A DNA stretch of 52,688 nucleotides from positions 1 to 52,688 of IMG/VR virus record IMGVR_UViG_3300034123_000003. One strand, given 5' to 3'. Made by a program: the position numbers and the translations under genes. Positions 42,893 through 52,411 of the stretch are shown here, piece by piece. Source of the DNA: a virus. Its lineage: Duplodnaviria > Caudoviricetes. Each line of letters begins with the position of its first letter. Positions within the stretch are counted from its first letter, which is position 1. The notes beneath the pieces were generated by a model that was given only the letters and a program-made list of their open reading frames with translations, ran no database searches and was not told the DNA's origin.

Positions 42893-45053
42893 CAAACGCC
42901 TAGCTACCGATCAACTGTCCATGCTTTCGGAAGCGTCTGCCAAATCGGAGACTGGGCTATGGATTCCTGAGTACCATTCCCTATCACAGATCGACAGCTT
43001 CAACTCCCACTTCAAAGCGCTGGCAGAAAAAGCAGAGCGTCTTGGTAACGACGTGGAGGATGCACTCGGTACTGAGGAGCTTGCGTGGATCGACAACGAG
43101 TACAAGATTTGCAGTTGCGACGACCGTTACTGGATGGACGGGTACTCCTACATCAACGATGACTCTCGCGTAGTAAGGTTCGAGCCCCGATTCTCGCAGC
43201 GCATGATGATTGACACATGGGCCGAACGTGAGGAGGCTGGGCTTCCAATTGAGCAGCAAGTGCTCAAGGCCCGTCAGCAGGGAATCTCTACGCTGGTAGA
43301 GCTTGCCATCGCCAAGAAGGTGAACTTCGGCATCGGAATCAAGGCGGCGGTAGCCTCTTACGACCAGGACGCTTGCGAACGCATGGGAGGCATGATGGAA
43401 CTAGCCTTCAATGAGATGCCAAGCTGGATGAAGGCAAACCCCACCAGTGACCGCGCCGGATCGTTGAAGGCATTCGCAGCCACCAACACTCGACTGACGC
43501 TCTACTCTGGCAAGAAAGCATCCGGTATCGCTAGGGGAGATACCCCATCGGTCCTCCACATCTCGGAAGTATCTATTTTCCCTGATGCGTCCAACGTGAT
43601 CGAGAAGTCCCTTTTCCAAGCCGTCCACCCTTCGCCCAACACGTTTATGATCCTCGAATCGACGGGCAATGGCAACACGGACTGGTGGGCTCGGACGTGG
43701 TACTCAAGCCGAGACTACTGGGCAAGCGGAGGGGCAAGGCTCCAGCCGATCTTCTTCCCCTTCTTCATCGCCGTGGATCTATTCCCGACTCCAACATGGC
43801 GCAGGGAGCATCCGACGCCGAAGGACTGGACGCCGCTTACCGAAACGAAGCAGATGATGGCGAAGGCTGCGGAATATGTCCACCAGACGCCACTCATTCG
43901 GAAGTATGCCGGGGAAGACTGGCGGATGCAGGACTTCCAAGCCTACTACTGGGAGCAGGAGTTGAAGGAAGCCCGCAGAAAGGGTGAGGAGAACTCGTTC
44001 TATCAAGAGCGCCCGATGGACGATAACGAAGCTCTCAGGCCCAAGAAAGACCTTGTATTCAATCTGCAAGAGGTAAAGAAGCAGGAGGAGACGCGCAGTG
44101 ACTACACCGTTTGGTCAATCATCGGAGAGCAAGTACAGGAGCGTTACCAGCCCGATCCTGTGGACATCGACTATGAAGGAGACAGGTTCCGAGTCAACTT
44201 TGATGGAAATATCACTGATCTACGCGGACGGGTTGCCAAGACATTCTGGTGGGAGTTCGTTCCTATCAAGCAGCCCGTCGAAACCGGAATCGACTTGTTC
44301 GACATTGAGCGGCGGTGTCTTATCTTCCGCTGGCCGGAAGCAGGGTACATCTACGGAATCGGCGCTGACAACTCAGGCGGGACAGGAAAGGACGGAACCT
44401 ACCTGAGCGTGAACGGGAAGTCGATCTACGGGAACGAGCCCGACTTTCAGGCGGCGTGCTGGTGGTCAAACAAGACTGACCCATCGCTGGTACATCCGTA
44501 CATCATGGCTCTGGCTTCTCTCTACGGTTCCGAGATGCCGGAAGGGACGTATCCTCTGGTGGGGATCGAACAGGTCTATGGACTGGGAGACACGCCGCAG
44601 ATTCAGATGCTCTCGATGGGATGGAATAAGAGGAACCTCTACCACTTCTCCAGACTCGACGGAATGAATCCGGAGCACGACAAGAAGAAGTCCAAGCGCA
44701 TGGGTTGGTACACGACGGAGTGGAGCCGCAACTTCATGCTGTCGCTCTACAAGACGGCGGTAGAGAATCACTGGCGCAAGGTCAACGACCCTTTCCTGTT
44801 GAAGCACGAGATTCCGGCATTCCAGATCGACAAGACAGATGGAGGAAAGACACGATGGGATCATCAGGACGGAAAGCGGGATGATCGCATCTTCGGCGAC
44901 GGAATCGCCTACTGCATTATGAATGATACGGAAAGCATGACTCGGCGCGTTCTGAACAAGTTCGAAGGAGAAGAAGAAGAGATTGAGATTGATTACGGGT
45001 ATCCAGTGGGCATAAACTCAACACTTGAAGAGATGATGGGAGCGGAACTGTGA
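42885..45053 (+). CDS. terL: Terminase large subunit
   Basis: Walker A LKARQQGIST, LHISEV, ILESTGNG, nuclease IGADNSGG...DDRIFGDG. Confidence 0.92.
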   Translation: MFSKRLATDQLSMLSEASAKSETGLWIPEYHSLSQIDSFNSHFKALAEKAERLGNDVEDALGTEELAWIDNEYKICSCDDRYWMDGYSYINDDSRVVRFEPRFSQRMMIDTWAEREEAGLPIEQQVLKARQQGISTLVELAIAKKVNFGIGIKAAVASYDQDACERMGGMMELAFNEMPSWMKANPTSDRAGSLKAFAATNTRLTLYSGKKASGIARGDTPSVLHISEVSIFPDASNVIEKSLFQAVHPSPNTFMILESTGNGNTDWWARTWYSSRDYWASGGARLQPIFFPFFIAVDLFPTPTWRREHPTPKDWTPLTETKQMMAKAAEYVHQTPLIRKYAGEDWRMQDFQAYYWEQELKEARRKGEENSFYQERPMDDNEALRPKKDLVFNLQEVKKQEETRSDYTVWSIIGEQVQERYQPDPVDIDYEGDRFRVNFDGNITDLRGRVAKTFWWEFVPIKQPVETGIDLFDIERRCLIFRWPEAGYIYGIGADNSGGTGKDGTYLSVNGKSIYGNEPDFQAACWWSNKTDPSLVHPYIMALASLYGSEMPEGTYPLVGIEQVYGLGDTPQIQMLSMGWNKRNLYHFSRLDGMNPEHDKKKSKRMGWYTTEWSRNFMLSLYKTAVENHWRKVNDPFLLKHEIPAFQIDKTDGGKTRWDHQDGKRDDRIFGDGIAYCIMNDTESMTRRVLNKFEGEEEEIEIDYGYPVGINSTLEEMMGAEL

Positions 45054-45760
45054 ACTCTGGAAACGTGAAGCCACTTGGCTTCAAGAACTACGGGAGTATC
45101 GGACATCTTCCATGTAGCCGTATGGGGCCGGGAGATCACTCCGTACCGCAGGGTATGGCTGAGATTGCTACGCTCAAGACTCGTGACCTCCATGATCGCG
45201 TATGGGTAACGGAAAAGCTGGACGGTTCCAACGTCGGCGTAGCTCTTATTGATGGCAAACTTGTCGCTCTGGTCCGTGCTGGATATTTGGCTCAAACATC
45301 GAAGTACGAGCAACATCAACTGTTCGCTAACTGGGTTCGCCAGAACGAGTCTAGATTCTCGTTTTTGAGTGAGGGTGAGCGATGCGTGGGGGAATGGCTC
45401 GCTCAGGCGCACGGGACTCGATATTCCCTTCGCCACGAACCTTTCGTGATTTTCGATATGCTCGTCGGACAGCAGAGATTTGCGTGGGAAATTTCTTCTT
45501 TGCGCATTCAAGACGCCGGATTTATTACACCTCACTTGCTTAACGATGGGCGTTCGGTCATGTCCGTGGAGGACGCTATCGCCAAAGCTGAAATCGATAA
45601 CGCTCACGGTGCAGAATGCATCGAGGGAGCGGTGTGGCGCGTAGAGAGGAAAGGTGAGTTCGACTTCATGGCGAAGTATGTGAAGCCTTCAAAGGTAGAC
45701 GGAGCCTTGCTACCGGAGCGGACCGGAACGGAAGCGGTATGGAATTGGAGGGCAGCATGA
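45050..45760 (+). CDS. ATP-dependent RNA ligase (Rnl2-like nucleotidyltransferase domain)
   Basis: Motif I TEKLDGSN, GEW, FVIFD, EGAVWR, AKYV. Confidence 0.85.
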   Translation: MNSGNVKPLGFKNYGSIGHLPCSRMGPGDHSVPQGMAEIATLKTRDLHDRVWVTEKLDGSNVGVALIDGKLVALVRAGYLAQTSKYEQHQLFANWVRQNESRFSFLSEGERCVGEWLAQAHGTRYSLRHEPFVIFDMLVGQQRFAWEISSLRIQDAGFITPHLLNDGRSVMSVEDAIAKAEIDNAHGAECIEGAVWRVERKGEFDFMAKYVKPSKVDGALLPERTGTEAVWNWRAA

Positions 45761-46221
45761 GCTTGATAATTCTTCCCGGCGCAGACAAGCGCAACGCGGA
45801 TTGGTCTTTCGAGAACGGCAAGGAAGTTCTCTGGTATTTGGAGAACCCAGTTACCAGAATGGTGCAGATCACTGCTCCGATGGCACCTATCCCCCACGGG
45901 TTCGTTCGTCACAAGACGAATGTACCAAGGGAGATGGACCGCGTGTTCCGCAAGATGCACGAGCAGGAGCGGGAGCGAAATGCGGTGGTCATCGAGAAGA
46001 TGTGGAGCCGTGGCCGCGCTCACTACGAAGCTCTGCGTGGACGACTGAATCAACGCCTACTCGGTTCAGATACGAAGGAGTGGGAGAAGGCGTTCATCCG
46101 CGAATCGTTGCGGCTAATGGAAGAGCGCGACCACGACGCACAGAAGAACAACGTCTACGGAGTTTCAGCGATGGAACTTGGAGACGCGCCGCTACCGGGC
46201 GGAAGAACGAGGATCAATTGA
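45757..46221 (+). CDS. Hypothetical protein
   Basis: ATGA-coupled start MSLIILPG. Confidence 0.7.
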   Translation: MSLIILPGADKRNADWSFENGKEVLWYLENPVTRMVQITAPMAPIPHGFVRHKTNVPREMDRVFRKMHEQERERNAVVIEKMWSRGRAHYEALRGRLNQRLLGSDTKEWEKAFIRESLRLMEERDHDAQKNNVYGVSAMELGDAPLPGGRTRIN

Positions 46222-46415
46222 TGAAAACTCACGGTCTATGGGAACAACCTCCGAAAGGGTATCGAGCGTGGCCTCTAGGTGAGGATTGGGTGTTCTTGCC
46301 TTTTCCGGTTTATTGGATTGTGAAAGGATGGAACAGGGTTATGATTTTGTGGTACGCCAAAGTTGATGCGCCGATTTACCGCTGGAAAAATAGAACAAGA
46401 ACGAGGATAAATTAA
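46221..46415 (+). CDS. 64-aa Trp-rich hypothetical protein
   Basis: TGATG coupling; ends RTRIN like the upstream gene. Confidence 0.6.
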   Translation: MKTHGLWEQPPKGYRAWPLGEDWVFLPFPVYWIVKGWNRVMILWYAKVDAPIYRWKNRTRTRIN

Positions 46416-48545
46416 ATGTCTGACCGCGACGAAGTGAATTGGCAGTGCCCGAACTTTGAGGCTCCCGACGCAACGAAGCTCGGCTTCCTGAAGCGTTGTG
46501 TCTCTCAGGGAGTCGCGTGGCAGCAAGACAACTGCAACGCTTCCGACATGCAGCGGGCGATGGATATTCTCGCCGGGAAGACGGGCGGGAAAACTTCTTC
46601 GAAGTGGGCCAAGTTCACCACGGGTGATCTGAAGCGCGGCGTGCTTGAGATCGTCGAAACTCTTTCAGACATTCGGCCCTACTGGGGATACTCGACCGAC
46701 AACAAAGCCTTCCTTGGCGAAGCGAACATGATGAGCAAGGTGGCGAAGGCGATCTACCTTGAGTACTTCGTTGATCGCGCCATCAAAGACGCTCTCCAGT
46801 TCGCCGCCGTGTCTGGGGCCGGGTTCATCTACCCGTTCTACTCGCGTTCGATGTACGGCGCTGGCGACGGGGAGTTCGTGTTTATGGCTCTGGGACAGCC
46901 CGACGTGCTCCCGATTCAGCTTGGACGTAGTAAGGACTACCAGAACGCCTACATCGTCACCTTGGCCCCTCCTATGGGAATTGCTGAGGCTCACGCAAGG
47001 TTCCCAGAGTTCCAGCAGTTTATCCATCCATTCTCGAAACGAAAATACGGAAGAACGAAGGGTGGAGAAGGGCGGGCGGCGAATGATCGTGAGCGTTGGA
47101 GGATGCACGGAATCCAAGGCCAACTTGAATCATTCTGCGACATTTACTACACCTACGTTCTGGACTTGAGGGTGAACTACGGCGAATTGGATGAAGAAGG
47201 AAAACCGATTCTTGGCGATGATGGGAACCCGGTCGGCAAAGAGTTGGAGATGGGTCAGGTGGGGACAAGTTGGTACTACAAGGTTCCCTATGTTGGCCAG
47301 AAGATCACTCGCTTTGAGGGTGGTAAGTCGGTTGAGCGCGAGGCGACGGAGGATGATTGCCGCGTGTACCCGCAGAGGCGCTTGCTGATCCACTGCGACG
47401 GCGCTCTGATGTACGACGGACCCGCCTTCGACTGGCACGGCATGGTGCCTCTAGTTGCGTTCTATCTTGACGAGTGGGCATGGGAACCGACAGGGTACTC
47501 GCTGTTCAATGGCACGGCGGCAACACAGGACGCTATCGACGACTTGATGCGGTCGATCTACCGCGTGGCGATGGCAAGGGCGATCCCCGGCAAGGTCTAC
47601 AACATGGACATTACGACGGGGGAGAAGGGCGGCAAGTTGACTTCGAGGCAAGCGGAAGGGCTTGACCCGCTGAGTCCCGACATTACGTGGGGGATCGATG
47701 GCGACGTGAAAGAACCAGTCATGCGTCCCCCAATGCCGGAATGGTGCTACAACGTCCCTGAGTGGGTGATGAGGGTCGTGGAGTTCCTTCAGCAGACTAT
47801 TCTTCGTCAGTTGGGACACGACCAGATCAAGGCGCTTGAGAAGCTACGCGGCAATATCTCCGACCCAGAGAAGTTGCTTGATGCGCAAGGGCCTACGGTT
47901 ATGGGAACGTCTCGGTCGATGGAGCGCGGATTCCGTGACTTGGCAGAGATGCTGAAGTTCCTTGTGATTCAGTACATGCCGGTGCGGACGCTGATCGACT
48001 ATCTCGGCACCGATGGTATACCGGCCACAGTGTTCGACTACTCGCCGGACATGGTGATTCCTTCGCATATGCCGGGAGAGAACACGGTGGACTCGATGGG
48101 AAATGCGGTCGATTCCGGTGTGGAGACGTTGACTAGGGCCAAGACGTTCGCTAAGAATCTGCGCACGTTTATGACGCCTCACTCGATGCACTATATCGCA
48201 CAAGCGAAGCAGCGGCTTGATACTCTGGCTCTGTTGGGCAAGGGCGTTCCGATTGACCCTGAGACGATTGCCAATCAGTTTGACTTGCCAAACTGGGGCA
48301 GCATCGACGGATCGACGATCAAGGAGAAGGTGTTCAACTGGGCCAAGGAGCAACTGACAGAGAAGGCAGACATTGCCAAACTCGAAAAGTCGTTGGGACT
48401 GATGCCTCCAGAAGAGGGCGGCGGCAAGCCAGGACCGAAGCCGGGGCAGGCGGGCAGCGGTAGACCTCCTGAGCACAAGAAGCCCGGTAAGATTGCTCAG
48501 AAAGGTCCGTCAGGCGACGGGCGCGTTGTAGTGAAGACAAGCTAA
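46416..48545 (+). CDS. Portal protein
   Basis: 709 aa between terL and scaffold/capsid; size and helical/beta pattern fit P22-like portals. Confidence 0.75.
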   Translation: MSDRDEVNWQCPNFEAPDATKLGFLKRCVSQGVAWQQDNCNASDMQRAMDILAGKTGGKTSSKWAKFTTGDLKRGVLEIVETLSDIRPYWGYSTDNKAFLGEANMMSKVAKAIYLEYFVDRAIKDALQFAAVSGAGFIYPFYSRSMYGAGDGEFVFMALGQPDVLPIQLGRSKDYQNAYIVTLAPPMGIAEAHARFPEFQQFIHPFSKRKYGRTKGGEGRAANDRERWRMHGIQGQLESFCDIYYTYVLDLRVNYGELDEEGKPILGDDGNPVGKELEMGQVGTSWYYKVPYVGQKITRFEGGKSVEREATEDDCRVYPQRRLLIHCDGALMYDGPAFDWHGMVPLVAFYLDEWAWEPTGYSLFNGTAATQDAIDDLMRSIYRVAMARAIPGKVYNMDITTGEKGGKLTSRQAEGLDPLSPDITWGIDGDVKEPVMRPPMPEWCYNVPEWVMRVVEFLQQTILRQLGHDQIKALEKLRGNISDPEKLLDAQGPTVMGTSRSMERGFRDLAEMLKFLVIQYMPVRTLIDYLGTDGIPATVFDYSPDMVIPSHMPGENTVDSMGNAVDSGVETLTRAKTFAKNLRTFMTPHSMHYIAQAKQRLDTLALLGKGVPIDPETIANQFDLPNWGSIDGSTIKEKVFNWAKEQLTEKADIAKLEKSLGLMPPEEGGGKPGPKPGQAGSGRPPEHKKPGKIAQKGPSGDGRVVVKTS

Positions 48546-48555
48546 GGAGAACGAC

Positions 48556-48786
48556 ATGAAGACCAGCACGAAGACAACAGCTACGCACCGCACATCGCTG
48601 ATGGCCGACAAGCCATCCACAGACGGCGGGCGCTCACTTCTCATCGAAGCATTCGACTTCATCCACGAGGAAGGGCAGTCCGGTAAGCTCGTGGCGAACT
48701 TCCGTCCCGGTGGGGCGATCACGTCGATGGTGTTTGAGGAGACGACGACCATTCCACAGAAGGACGTTGTTGTTGACGAGCCGTGA
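48556..48786 (+). CDS. Small hypothetical protein
   Basis: aaggag RBS. Confidence 0.65.
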   Translation: MKTSTKTTATHRTSLMADKPSTDGGRSLLIEAFDFIHEEGQSGKLVANFRPGGAITSMVFEETTTIPQKDVVVDEP

Positions 48787-48928
48787 AAATAAATCTACCA
48801 CTATTCCCAAACAGTTGACGATTGCAGAAAAAATCGATGTTTGTGGATGTAGAGTGAAAATCAAGAACTCAGGATCACGGACCCAAACGGTCATCCGCTC
48901 CTCTGAATCCAAACTGAGGAGAAACATC

Positions 48929-49045
48929 ATGGCAAAGCGTAAGGGTGGACGGAAAAAGCTCACCGTAGTCGGCCCCCATCTGGGTGCCAAGCACATGGCG
49001 AAGCGCAAGGGTGGACGCAAGTCTAGCCGCCGGAAGCGCGCCTAA
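48929..49045 (+). CDS. 38-aa protamine-like basic peptide
   Basis: gaggag RBS; MAKRKGGRK occurs twice. Confidence 0.7.
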   Translation: MAKRKGGRKKLTVVGPHLGAKHMAKRKGGRKSSRRKRA

Positions 49046-49282
49046 GTGGGGACGTTTCCCCAAGGCGCACCACAAGGCTCACCGCAGGGGGCTCCGCCTC
49101 AACAGGGCGGGGCCTCTCCTGCGATCAAGCTGGCAATGCTTGGTCAAGCCATTCAGGGACTCGCAAAAGAGTTCCCCGGTGGCCAAGAGGGTATCCAGAT
49201 GATGATGCAGGGATTGCAGAAGGTGCAGGCTTCCGCGTCGGCACAATCGGCTCCCCAGCAACCCCCGGCTCCGCCCCGTTAA
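49046..49282 (+). CDS. P/Q-rich hypothetical protein
   Basis: 78-aa ORF in the head operon. Confidence 0.55.
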   Translation: MGTFPQGAPQGSPQGAPPQQGGASPAIKLAMLGQAIQGLAKEFPGGQEGIQMMMQGLQKVQASASAQSAPQQPPAPPR

Positions 49283-49309
49283 TCCTGAGACATTTTTGAG
49301 GAGAAGAAG

Positions 49310-50143
49310 ATGACTGAACTCGAATGGCTCAAGCAGGAATCGGGACTTACCGACGACGAACTGAAAACCTACGAGACTATTCTCGGAGACGGAAAGTTCA
49401 AGGCAATGCTGAAAAAGGTCATTGACGCCAATGTGTCGATTACCGCAGCGAAGACCAAAGCCGAAACCGAACTGAATCAATTCACCTCTCGCTACGAAAA
49501 TGAGATCGTTCCCGCGCTTCGGACGACCACGCAGGAATCGGTCGTAGCGGCAGGTAGGGTGGCCGCTCTCGAAGCGAAGCTGGCGAAGGCCAAGGAGTAC
49601 GGCATCTTGATCGACGACGAGCAGCCGGTCGTGAAGCAAGGCGAACAGCCCCGCGCTCCAGGTTCTCCCGATCCCAACGCATTGACCCGTGCCGATCTGG
49701 ATAAAATGTCAAGCACTCAAGTTAGCAATCTGATTGCCGTTAACGACTTGAACGCTGAACACTTCTCTCTCTTCGGTACTCCGCTCGGCAACGCTCAAGA
49801 ATTATTGGATGAGGTTAGCCGCCAGCGCACCCTCGGCAATAAGGGGTACACGCTGAAGCAGGCTTGGGAAGTGAAGCACAACGTCCAAGCCAAGCGCGAC
49901 GCCAAGCAGGCTGAAGTGCAGGCGAAGCGCGATACCGACCTCAAGGCACAGTGGACCAAGGAAGAGCGTGAGCGCACCGGCAGCAACCCGCATACGCGCC
50001 GTGGTCAGCCCAGCAGATTTTCAACGTACAAAGCATCCGACGCGAAGGCTGAGAAGCCGTGGCAGTCCTCGCGCAGCAAGAATGAACGCAACGCAGGTTG
50101 GCGCGAAACGGCGCTTGCCAAGGTACAGCAAGGCGCTGCGTAG
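49310..50143 (+). CDS. Putative capsid scaffolding protein
   Basis: Charged coiled-coil immediately upstream of the capsid gene. Confidence 0.65.
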   Translation: MTELEWLKQESGLTDDELKTYETILGDGKFKAMLKKVIDANVSITAAKTKAETELNQFTSRYENEIVPALRTTTQESVVAAGRVAALEAKLAKAKEYGILIDDEQPVVKQGEQPRAPGSPDPNALTRADLDKMSSTQVSNLIAVNDLNAEHFSLFGTPLGNAQELLDEVSRQRTLGNKGYTLKQAWEVKHNVQAKRDAKQAEVQAKRDTDLKAQWTKEERERTGSNPHTRRGQPSRFSTYKASDAKAEKPWQSSRSKNERNAGWRETALAKVQQGAA

Positions 50144-50162
50144 ATTTTAAGGAGAGAAACCA

Positions 50163-51392
50163 ATGCCTGGATTTGGGCCGCTTTTCCCGGAACTAAGTTC
50201 CACTACTCTCAACGAGCTCGTGGATGGGTATATCTACCAGAACAGCTACGTGGGGACTCCCCTACAACGCTATTTCCGCGCTTCGGGTGCATATGACCCA
50301 TTCGGCGGCGGCGCTGGTATGCAGGTTCCCGACCTCTACCAAGGGGTAGGCGGCGGCGCACTGTTCCCCGGCGAGGATGTGACCATCGTCGATGAGCAGG
50401 TCATCACTGCCAGCCTCTTCCAGCCCAAGGCGTACGCCAAGTACAAGCTGGTGAACGATTTTGTGATTGAGGCTCAGAACAAGGGTCCAGAGGCTCGTGT
50501 GGCGCTGCTCGAAGCGTACCTGAATCAGATGATGGAGGGTATCGACTTCCAGATCGAGGGCGATATGTTCCGCCACGGTCAGGCGTCGGGCAACGGCGTC
50601 AGCGACAATCGCCTCGCATCTATCAACGGGTTCTCGGAAGCGATGAACGACGGCATTGTTCCTTCATGGGACGGCAACGTGTTCCCGACCTACGGCGGTC
50701 AGTCTCGCAACGGCGCAATCGCCGCTTCGATGAACTCGACTCCGATCTGGCTGGGCGATCAGAACGGCAACCCAGCCCCCCCGAACTATCAGTCTCTTTT
50801 GAAGAGCTACCTGACTCCGATCTTGAACGGTGGAGACAAGCTGGGCGTCACCTCGTACCTAGGGTACTCTTCGATCACTTCGGCATTCCAGCGTCAGGAG
50901 CGGTACTTTACCCGCGACGACAAGCACATCAACTGGGAAGGCATCAAGCTCGAAAACGCGACCATCTTCTACGACGACATTGTTCCATCGAGCGCCCCGA
51001 AGCCGTCCATTGCGAACCTGTTTACCACAGTGAACGGAACCGCTCCTTCGCCGGGTGCGATTCAGACCGGCCAGTTCACTTTGACGGCAGCGATGATCGC
51101 CCAGAATCAGGGCATCTCGAATCTTCCGAACCTTGGATTCACGTCGAACTCGACGAAGAACGGCTTGGCCGGTGGCTTGAATCAGATTGTGGTCGGCGAG
51201 CCGCTGTTCTGGGTGACACCGGACAACTGGAAGTACCGTGAGGCTGACGGCGCTCCGGTGAACTACTACTTCATGGACCCCGCTCGGTGGCCTGAGAATC
51301 CGTTCCTGTACGTGCAGTGGTTGCGGCATGTGCTGAACTTCTACACACCGACGCCGCGTGAAGAGCAACAGACTTATGGAATTTTGGCTTAG
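50163..51392 (+). CDS. Major capsid protein
   Basis: 409 aa, strong RBS aaggag, position after scaffold; HK97-like layout inferred. Confidence 0.75.
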   Translation: MPGFGPLFPELSSTTLNELVDGYIYQNSYVGTPLQRYFRASGAYDPFGGGAGMQVPDLYQGVGGGALFPGEDVTIVDEQVITASLFQPKAYAKYKLVNDFVIEAQNKGPEARVALLEAYLNQMMEGIDFQIEGDMFRHGQASGNGVSDNRLASINGFSEAMNDGIVPSWDGNVFPTYGGQSRNGAIAASMNSTPIWLGDQNGNPAPPNYQSLLKSYLTPILNGGDKLGVTSYLGYSSITSAFQRQERYFTRDDKHINWEGIKLENATIFYDDIVPSSAPKPSIANLFTTVNGTAPSPGAIQTGQFTLTAAMIAQNQGISNLPNLGFTSNSTKNGLAGGLNQIVVGEPLFWVTPDNWKYREADGAPVNYYFMDPARWPENPFLYVQWLRHVLNFYTPTPREEQQTYGILA

Positions 51393-51409
51393 GCCAGAGG
51401 AGAGCAGTC

Positions 51410-52066
51410 ATGGCAAGGATTTCGACTCCGGGCATCTGGCTTCCAGGCCCACTCAATACGCTGAACAGCCCCAGCCCTACCGGGCAGGCTGACATCGCCG
51501 GGAACCCCTACTACATGGGGATGAACCCCGGCAAGATGATCGTGCTTGGCGCGGGTGAGGCGCAGAGCAATGCCGCCATCGGCACCACGCTCTATGATGG
51601 CGCGTATCAGGTCGTGCAGCTTGACTCTGGTGCGACGGCTGCGAACGCAACGCTGGGTATGCCCGCGTACATCTTGCTCGACTCTGGGGCCACGCAGGGC
51701 GCGTTGCCGGAGACGGCCTACAACATCCCAGCGGTAACCACAGCCGACAAGGCGACCACGATCACCACTCTTTTCGCTGGCGTGTTCATCAACCCGGCCA
51801 CGGTAGTAGGCATGGCGAACGGTCCTACCCCCGGAAACTATACGATGATCTTTGTCGGTGGTGGAAGAGCGCAGACGAACAACTCTGCGGCGGCGGTTGT
51901 TGGTCAGCCTGTTTGGCCCAGCGCCCCTTCGGCGGTGACGTTCCAGACTTCAGCTATTGCCCCAACGTCGGGAATCGCATGGGGTCAATCAGTGCAGACC
52001 ACTGGTGCAGCCGGTCTTGCTCTCACGTACTTCCCTGAAATCCTCTTCCGCTTCGGTGGGATGTAA
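51410..52066 (+). CDS. Putative capsid cement / decoration protein
   Basis: A/G/T-rich protein directly after the MCP. Confidence 0.5.
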   Translation: MARISTPGIWLPGPLNTLNSPSPTGQADIAGNPYYMGMNPGKMIVLGAGEAQSNAAIGTTLYDGAYQVVQLDSGATAANATLGMPAYILLDSGATQGALPETAYNIPAVTTADKATTITTLFAGVFINPATVVGMANGPTPGNYTMIFVGGGRAQTNNSAAAVVGQPVWPSAPSAVTFQTSAIAPTSGIAWGQSVQTTGAAGLALTYFPEILFRFGGM

Positions 52067-52075
52067 GGAGACGGA

Positions 52076-52402
52076 ATGGCGCAGGCATTAGGTAGCTCGA
52101 AAGTCCTACTGGGCGATGTTGACACCTTCGGCGGCAAGGGCTATGCCCCCGTCGATTACAGCGGACCCGCTAGTTATACGACTGGCGGCGACACTCTTGA
52201 TCCGAAGTCGTTCAATATGAATAAATTCCTGACCGTGATCGGCTCCGTGGATCAGACAGGTGCCTATTACGTGGAAGGTAGAACGCTTGCCAATGGAATC
52301 TGCAACTGGCAATTGGTCTGGTTTGCGGTAGGCGGCGGCGAAGTGGCCGCTGGAACAAACCTTTCAGGCTTTACAGTCAGACTTTCGGCAATCGGAATCT
52401 AG
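52076..52402 (+). CDS. Small head-associated protein (108 aa), paralog of the ice-binding carrier
   Basis: Aligns end-to-end with the flanks of the 52412-(857) product. Confidence 0.75.
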   Translation: MAQALGSSKVLLGDVDTFGGKGYAPVDYSGPASYTTGGDTLDPKSFNMNKFLTVIGSVDQTGAYYVEGRTLANGICNWQLVWFAVGGGEVAAGTNLSGFTVRLSAIGI

Positions 52403-52411
52403 GGAGAAGTA

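Noticed and set aside
45801-46220. 5' extension of the 204-aa ORF 45801-46415
   Set aside because: Overlaps a better gene in another frame; the real start is the coupled ATG at 46221
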